Assembly (NCBI GenBank): GCA_000182565.2
Contig: KQ257450.1
Length of the DNA: 64,000 nt
Reading direction: 5' to 3' (one strand)
Source of the DNA: Spizellomyces punctatus DAOM BR117
Taxonomy: Eukaryota
Shown: piece after piece, positions 58,362-64,000 of the stretch
Position numbering within the stretch: the first letter of the stretch is position 1
How the letters are laid out: every line of letters begins with the position of its first letter
Notes under the pieces: model-generated
The model's input: only the letters and a program-made list of their open reading frames with translations
What the model was told of the DNA's origin: nothing
Database searches by the model: none
Program-made: the position numbers and the translations under genes

Positions 58362-59440
58362 ATGACCACTGAATTGAGTACGTCAAGAGGTACTGTTGAC
58401 TCTCGTGAGGAACGGCTTAATCCATCAGTCCATCCACTTTCGTTCACCTTGAACCCAGGCGCCGTGGAGTTTGTACCGACACAACAACAAGGGCCAGCTG
58501 AAATTCCTTGGTGGGAAAATGCTGTCGAGAAGCTTAAGAAAGAGCTGGTGGGCTGTGCTCCTTTGTGTAGTGCCAAACACATATGGCAAGAGATATTTAC
58601 TCTTATGTTTCTTATGCTATTCTGACTAGGCACACGGTTGGGAGCAAGAGAAACAGCGACTTATCGAAAGTTTCAAGAACGAAAATGAGACTCGCCAACA
58701 GGCTTGGAATCGCGAGAAGGAGCAGCTGGAGAAAATCAACGCTGATACTGTAGCCATGATGAAGACGGAAAAAGAAAAGTCTAAGCTCGTTTGGGAGGAG
58801 CTGGAGAAAATCAACAATCATACTGTAGCCACTTTGAAGAGGGAAAAAGAACAGCTTGAGCTCGCTTGGGAGGAAGAAAAGAAAAAGACTCGCAAATCTC
58901 ATTTAGAAGAGCTGTCAAAAGTCAAAGGAAAGTTAGCAGAGGTGGAACAGCAATACCAGCAAGAAGTGGCATCGAAGGAGACTCTCCAGCAAGAGATGGT
59001 AAGATTTGCCTTCAATAGCTTTAGAAGACGTGTGTGATCTACTAATCCTGATGGGTCATTTCTATTAGAATGCTTTGAAACAGAACCTAAACAACTATCG
59101 CATGAATGAGGAGAACCTGAAGAAGATGCTTGAAGAACAGAGGTCCGGACTTGCCGCCGCAAAGCATGATATTGAAGAGATTGCACGAACCTCAGAACGG
59201 CAAGTTCAGGAAGAGAGAGAGCGCTCGCTTTCGCAGTATGGATTGCTGATTGAAAGGTGCCTGGATATGACCTTCGGGTGCGCTGCGTTGATGAAACAGC
59301 GGAAGGCGCTTCCAGATGAAGTTAAGAGCCTCATGCAGGGTTTGGTGGGAGAGACAATGTCGGCCGCGTTTCGATACAAGAACACTGTCGCGTCATTAAA
59401 GGAAGGAAGTGTCCCCGTCGAGGGCCTGTGCGTCTGGTAA
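58362..59440 (+). CDS. Coiled-coil protein with N-terminal PAM2 (PABP-interacting) motif
   Basis: FTLNPGAVEFVP fits the PAM2 consensus LNxxAxEFxP; followed by Glu/Lys-rich heptads; two introns. Confidence 0.7.
58726..58875 (+). repeat. 75-bp (25-aa) intragenic tandem duplication
   Basis: ctggagaaaatcaac...tactgtagcca...gaag..ggaaaaagaa...gctcg.ttgggagga starts at both 58726 and 58801. Confidence 0.85.
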
Positions 59441-59605
59441 AAGTTAGATATGTGTTTGGGAGTCGTAATGCCTTTGCTTGTGTGAGCCTACGAGTCGTCC
59501 ACCTGTACTGATTTGCGTCACTTATTAAGCTCGAGAGTGTAAGATATAAATTGCATTATGTGTGAAATTTAATGGCCCTGCCATATTTCGAGTTTACATA
59601 CAATA

Positions 59606-62542
59606 CTACATAGTCATGCTGGAATCTGCCTTCTCCATGACAGTCTTCTGCACTACAATTTCATCATGTCCAGCAGGTGTAGTCCTCGGGCGTCCCGTCA
59701 GATCCGACACCATCCCACTGAAAACTGACACAAGAGAACTCCGTGATTCCCATATCGGAAGGAAGATGACGACCGCCGCCGCGAGGATGGCCCAAATCAA
59801 ACCCACTACAATCCAGCCGTAAAAGAATGGCTTGGAAAAGACGTACTTGGAAAGATACATCTGAGGAAGAAGTCGCACGGAGGTCAGTACTGATATGCAT
59901 GTCGTGTGCCATTGACGAACCAAGACTCACCGGAATGGGCCAGATTATCACCAGTACCACTGTCAAGCCACCAGCCCAGATATACGCAAACCTAGCTGCG
60001 TTATCCAGCCTCTTCGGGTCAGTTTCTTTCTCGTCCAGAATGTGCTCCTCGCTGGGGGTATCCGTCAATTGCTTCAAATTCTTTGTACTTTCCCAGTCAA
60101 AGTCATCAGGATTGTAAAGAGATACCGCTGTTGATACTATGCCCGAGATAATAAGGGAAGCTCTGAAGTATCAAGCGGTCAGTGTCGAGCACCCAGAAGA
60201 ACGACCAAAAGTCGGAGCACACATACAGATTGCCAGCAAGCATTGGGTAGTTGCCTCCAGTAGTGTCAATGTTGATCTCTCCGTAGTATGCTTTTGTAAC
60301 TATAAGCCAAAGAGAGACTCCGCAAACAAATCCGGTAACGGCACCCGCAATGGCTCCTGTTGCCGTCTGTTTTCTCCAGGTCAGCGTAAATGCAATGGGG
60401 AAAACTGGAAGAAAAGGGTGAGCGCGCCATGTCCGAAATAAATCATCCAGTACCTCCACTCACCTGCGGGAGAGAGAAGGACCCCCATCAACAGGTACAA
60501 GTATCCCAGGCTAACACCGATTTCGTTCAAAACGATCGCGAGAATACCCATAAAGCACCCAAACCCGACGGTGGTGATGTGCGCCATCTTGATGATATCT
60601 TTGCTGGTTGCGCTCGGTTTGATGTACGTTTTGTAGATGTCGTAAGTGCTTGTGGCCAAAGAGAGGTTAGATGGCAGAATGAAAGTGTGGAGACTACAAA
60701 TGTGCTGGCTTACCAAATGGAGCTAACAGCGACCAACTCGGCCGAGGCTGCCGAAGTAACGGCCATGAAAATAAGAATGAGAATAGCGGCAGCTCCGGAT
60801 GTACCAAGAAGGGCCACAGCTGTGGGTGAAGGAAAGAACAAGTCTAAGTAAGAAGATACGGAACTGGTGAATTTTTGTAAACCCACCTGCAGCTGGAGCT
60901 ACGAGCCCGGCGTGAACATCAGCGATGAGGAGTCTCTCGGGATACGTCGGAAAGATGGGGTTGGACTCTAGAGCTACCGCGGCCAAACCGAGTGTTGTTG
61001 CAAGGAAGAATGGGATTGCTAAAGTAGATAAAAGCGTGAGCCTCCAGGCACGATATAGAGACGGAACATGAGATGCCTTACCAAACCAGGCCAATCCACC
61101 GACAAGGTATGCCTTGACAGTAGAGCTGGGTCGGGCTGCGATGGCTCGCTGCCAGTAAGCCTATGTGACAAAATCGTGAGCCACGCAGAATTGAACAGGA
61201 ATATTATGAACCCACGATGCAATACCTGGTCAACAAACACAGTGCCGAAATTTCCAACGATGTTGATCAATCTGAAAATGGGCAGCACCAATGTGAGTTC
61301 GCCATTGGGACACACTTTTAACGGTTCAAATCGCTCGCTTACCCAAAGATCAGTCCTTGCAGCGATGTCATGGTCAAGTCTGGTATCAAAGGTCATCAGT
61401 CGAGTCCTTATTTCAAGTTGTTTAAATATTTGTCATCACTCACATTGACCATCTTCGTTATCCGGAACAGGAGCACGAATAGCAGCAGCTTTGAGTAAAT
61501 CGAACATCTTCCCGGGAGATCCAATATACTCGCTTGTTGCATAAACCGTGAAGCCAAACACCAGAATAATTATGTAGATGACTGCGGTGTGCGAATAATC
61601 GGTCAAGAATGTGGCCTGCAAAGAAAGAGATGATCAGAAATGTATGAAGGAGATTTAGACAGTAGATACTACCTTGAGCCCACCGAATGCGACGTACGCA
61701 ATCACACCCAGTGGAATGAGCATACACGCAGCATAGATGTTCATGCCAGTGAGTTGAGTAACAACCGCGGAGCCTATCATCCCAGTATGAAATTAGCTGT
61801 GTGTTGGAGCCATACAGCGCAGAATATAACAGTTACCTCCAAGCAGAAGCATTGCAGTGACAACCAAGTTACAAGCCTGTAGTGTCACCTATTAGTAGGT
61901 CCCCTTAAACTGTAACCAAAAGACCTCGCAACATACCAGCCCAAAGAGGATGAAAACAATATGTGCAGTTTTGCCTTTTGATGATAAGCCTTCGTCAGAG
62001 GAGATCACACAAGTGTTGACAGACATTGCATCAGTCCTACCATAGCGGGCATTCACAATCTCCAAGAAGGTGTGCGCATTCGGTGCTACGCGTTTAACTT
62101 GGATGGCCTGGAGAACAAAAGATGACCAGTTCAGTCGCATGTGGAGTTTTCCCCTCATGTATTGGCACCTACCAGAATTGCGAATAAAAGAACTTGAATA
62201 GTTGCTCCGGCCGCGTACCAGAAGGGTCCGGAAATGCCGTATCTTGACAAGCATGATGAGTATGTTTTCGGTGTATGCATTTGTACGCCTCAAGCGTGCT
62301 ACTTACTGGTATGCAACACTAGAACTTTGCAAAAGGGTAGCAGCCCAGGTCCAGGAACTAACAACCGCACAGGCAACCAGGCCTGTTTTCATGGATCTTC
62401 CGGCGGTCGCAAACATCTCAGATGTCTGCTCTTCTTGCATGTAACGTTTGAGCAAGTACGTAATGAGGGTAATTAAAAGCGAAAAAAAGACGCCGAAGCC
62501 CAGGACAACCGCCCAGCCGGCTCCTTGCGGTAAGACAGCCAT
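59606..62542 (-). CDS. DUR3: Urea active transporter (SSS family)
   Basis: [94 protein letters not shown]; many introns. Confidence 0.95.
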
Positions 62543-62826
62543 GGAGATCTGGGATATGAACAGAGGATGAAGCTAGAAAGGCTAGTCGGAAGCGTGAAGG
62601 TAAGAGTTGGAGGAGCAGAGTGGGGCATCTTGAAAGTCCCGCCGAATTTAAAAGAACTGAGGGCAATAACTCAAAGCAGATTAAGACCCGGGCGGAAACC
62701 GCCGGATCAGCTGCAAAAGCAGGAGTTACTGAGGTTCTTGCTCCCAACAATGCCCGTGTTCGTTGGACAGGTTTCACGGAACCCTTTGCCATTTCCTTTC
62801 AAGGTTTTCTTTGCAGATGAACAGAG

Positions 62827-63120
62827 CTTATCAGAGTCGAGATACGAACCCCGCCTACCTCCTTCCCCACTCACGCGATCAGGTTGACGTTCGACAAGCG
62901 GAGCATTTTCACATGTCTCGTGTGGAGGCAATCTTATCACAAATTCCAAGAGATCGCCATCGCGAACCCGGATATATGTTGGCCAATATTTTGGATTTTC
63001 GATAAGATTATAAAGTTACACAAATGTTGATAGATAAAGCCTTATCCTGCGCGTTTCATTAATTCCTTTGGATCTACAGGGGCTTTTACTTTCTGGTCAT
63101 GGTATTACTTTAGATTATCT
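62827..63120. promoter_or_regulatory. Cluster of GATAA elements upstream of DUR3
   Basis: CTTATC at 62827, 62933 and 63041; GATAAG at 63001; GATAAA at 63033; TTATCT at 63115. Confidence 0.6.
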
Positions 63121-63408
63121 GCCACTTTAACAACCTAAAAAACACGGGAACAACTCATTTGTTGTAGTACGCTAGATTGTCTGGAAAGCTCACCATCGTC
63201 CAACGTACCCGAACGAACCAATGACAAGCCAATGGCTGTTCTGACGTTTGGTTTGGGCTACTGGGGTTGTTCATGCATCATGCATTTCCTGCTTTTGTTC
63301 TACCATTGAAACAGAAGGAGCTAGAGAATTAGAGAGTCTATGCAGAATTTCTTTTTCGCAGGTCGAAATTTATATCAATCCCACCGTAATGCAACTGAAA
63401 TAACTATT

Positions 63409-63488
63409 GCATAAAGGCCAAGTAATATAGATATCCTGTATTGTGAGAGCATAAAGGCCCAGTAACATAGATATCCTGTTCTGTGAGA
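63409..63488. repeat. 40-bp direct tandem repeat, two copies
   Basis: gcataaaggccaagtaatatagatatcctgtattgtgaga / gcataaaggcccagtaacatagatatcctgttctgtgaga (4 mismatches). Confidence 0.9.
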
Positions 63489-63673
63489 TTGTACTGGAAA
63501 TACACTTTGTGGTGGGTTAGGCGGCAGTTAAAGCAGTAGAACCTATGTACTAGTCAGTTAATAGATATTTTAGTCCCCAAGCCACGGGTGGACTATTACC
63601 GATTAAGTAATCAAAAATGCAGCTGCTTTGGTTTGAGTTCAAACACTCAACAACGAGGAAGAACACTAGCACC

Positions 63674-64000
63674 ATGTACACCACAGAGCCTACCTCTCTT
63701 CCGCCCCGAACAACGATACGAACCTTATCCATTGCCCGACATGCTGATATAGTGAATACTCCACATTGGAGGCAAAAAGAAGTTGCAGCCTTGCGGAACG
63801 GAATACGGGCCACCGTATACATGACAAATGGTGATCGTTATGTAGGAGAATGGAAGGATGGTTTAAAAGAGGGTTAGTGAGTGTTATATTTTGGTAGACA
63901 AGGAAGCGGAGATTTATTTACAAAATGCATAGGCAATGGAACGTACTGTTACGCAAGCACGGGGGCCGTATACGAAGGGGAGTGGGCAAGAGATCTTCGC
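63674..64000 (+). CDS. MORN3: MORN-repeat protein, MORN3-like (3'-truncated by window edge)
   Basis: W....AALRNGIRATVYMTNGDRYVGEWKDGLKEG/NGTYCYASTGAVYEGEW matches the MORN3 N-terminal pattern. Confidence 0.75.

Noticed and set aside
63409-63488. Possible CRISPR-like array
   Set aside because: Only two adjacent units, no spacer, no cas genes, eukaryotic context.

Overview
Gene-dense, intron-rich eukaryotic DNA from a fungus. It is most likely a zoosporic early-diverging (chytrid-like) species; this is inferred from the combination of fungal genes (STE12, Chs4-like, DUR3, MRX11) with genes lost in Dikarya (DP, AP-4 epsilon, OSTF1, MORN3, ANP32, TMEM120). I can support about 33 protein-coding genes, mostly with short (about 50-90 nt) GT-AG introns, three identical tRNA-Ala(UGC) genes and two assembly gaps. 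I see no mobile element or CRISPR array. The most notable items are (i) an intron-containing single-unit 3-TM SemiSWEET/PQ-loop gene with a GC-AG intron, (ii) an AP-4 epsilon adaptin that stops right after the trunk, with no hinge or ear, (iii) a secreted protein with two LPMO(AA11)-like domains lacking the copper histidine brace plus a CBM19-like module, and (iv) a soluble cytochrome b5 ending in the peroxisomal signal SKL, which the ORF track misses. All gene models were spliced by eye and family calls come from motif recognition, not database searches.
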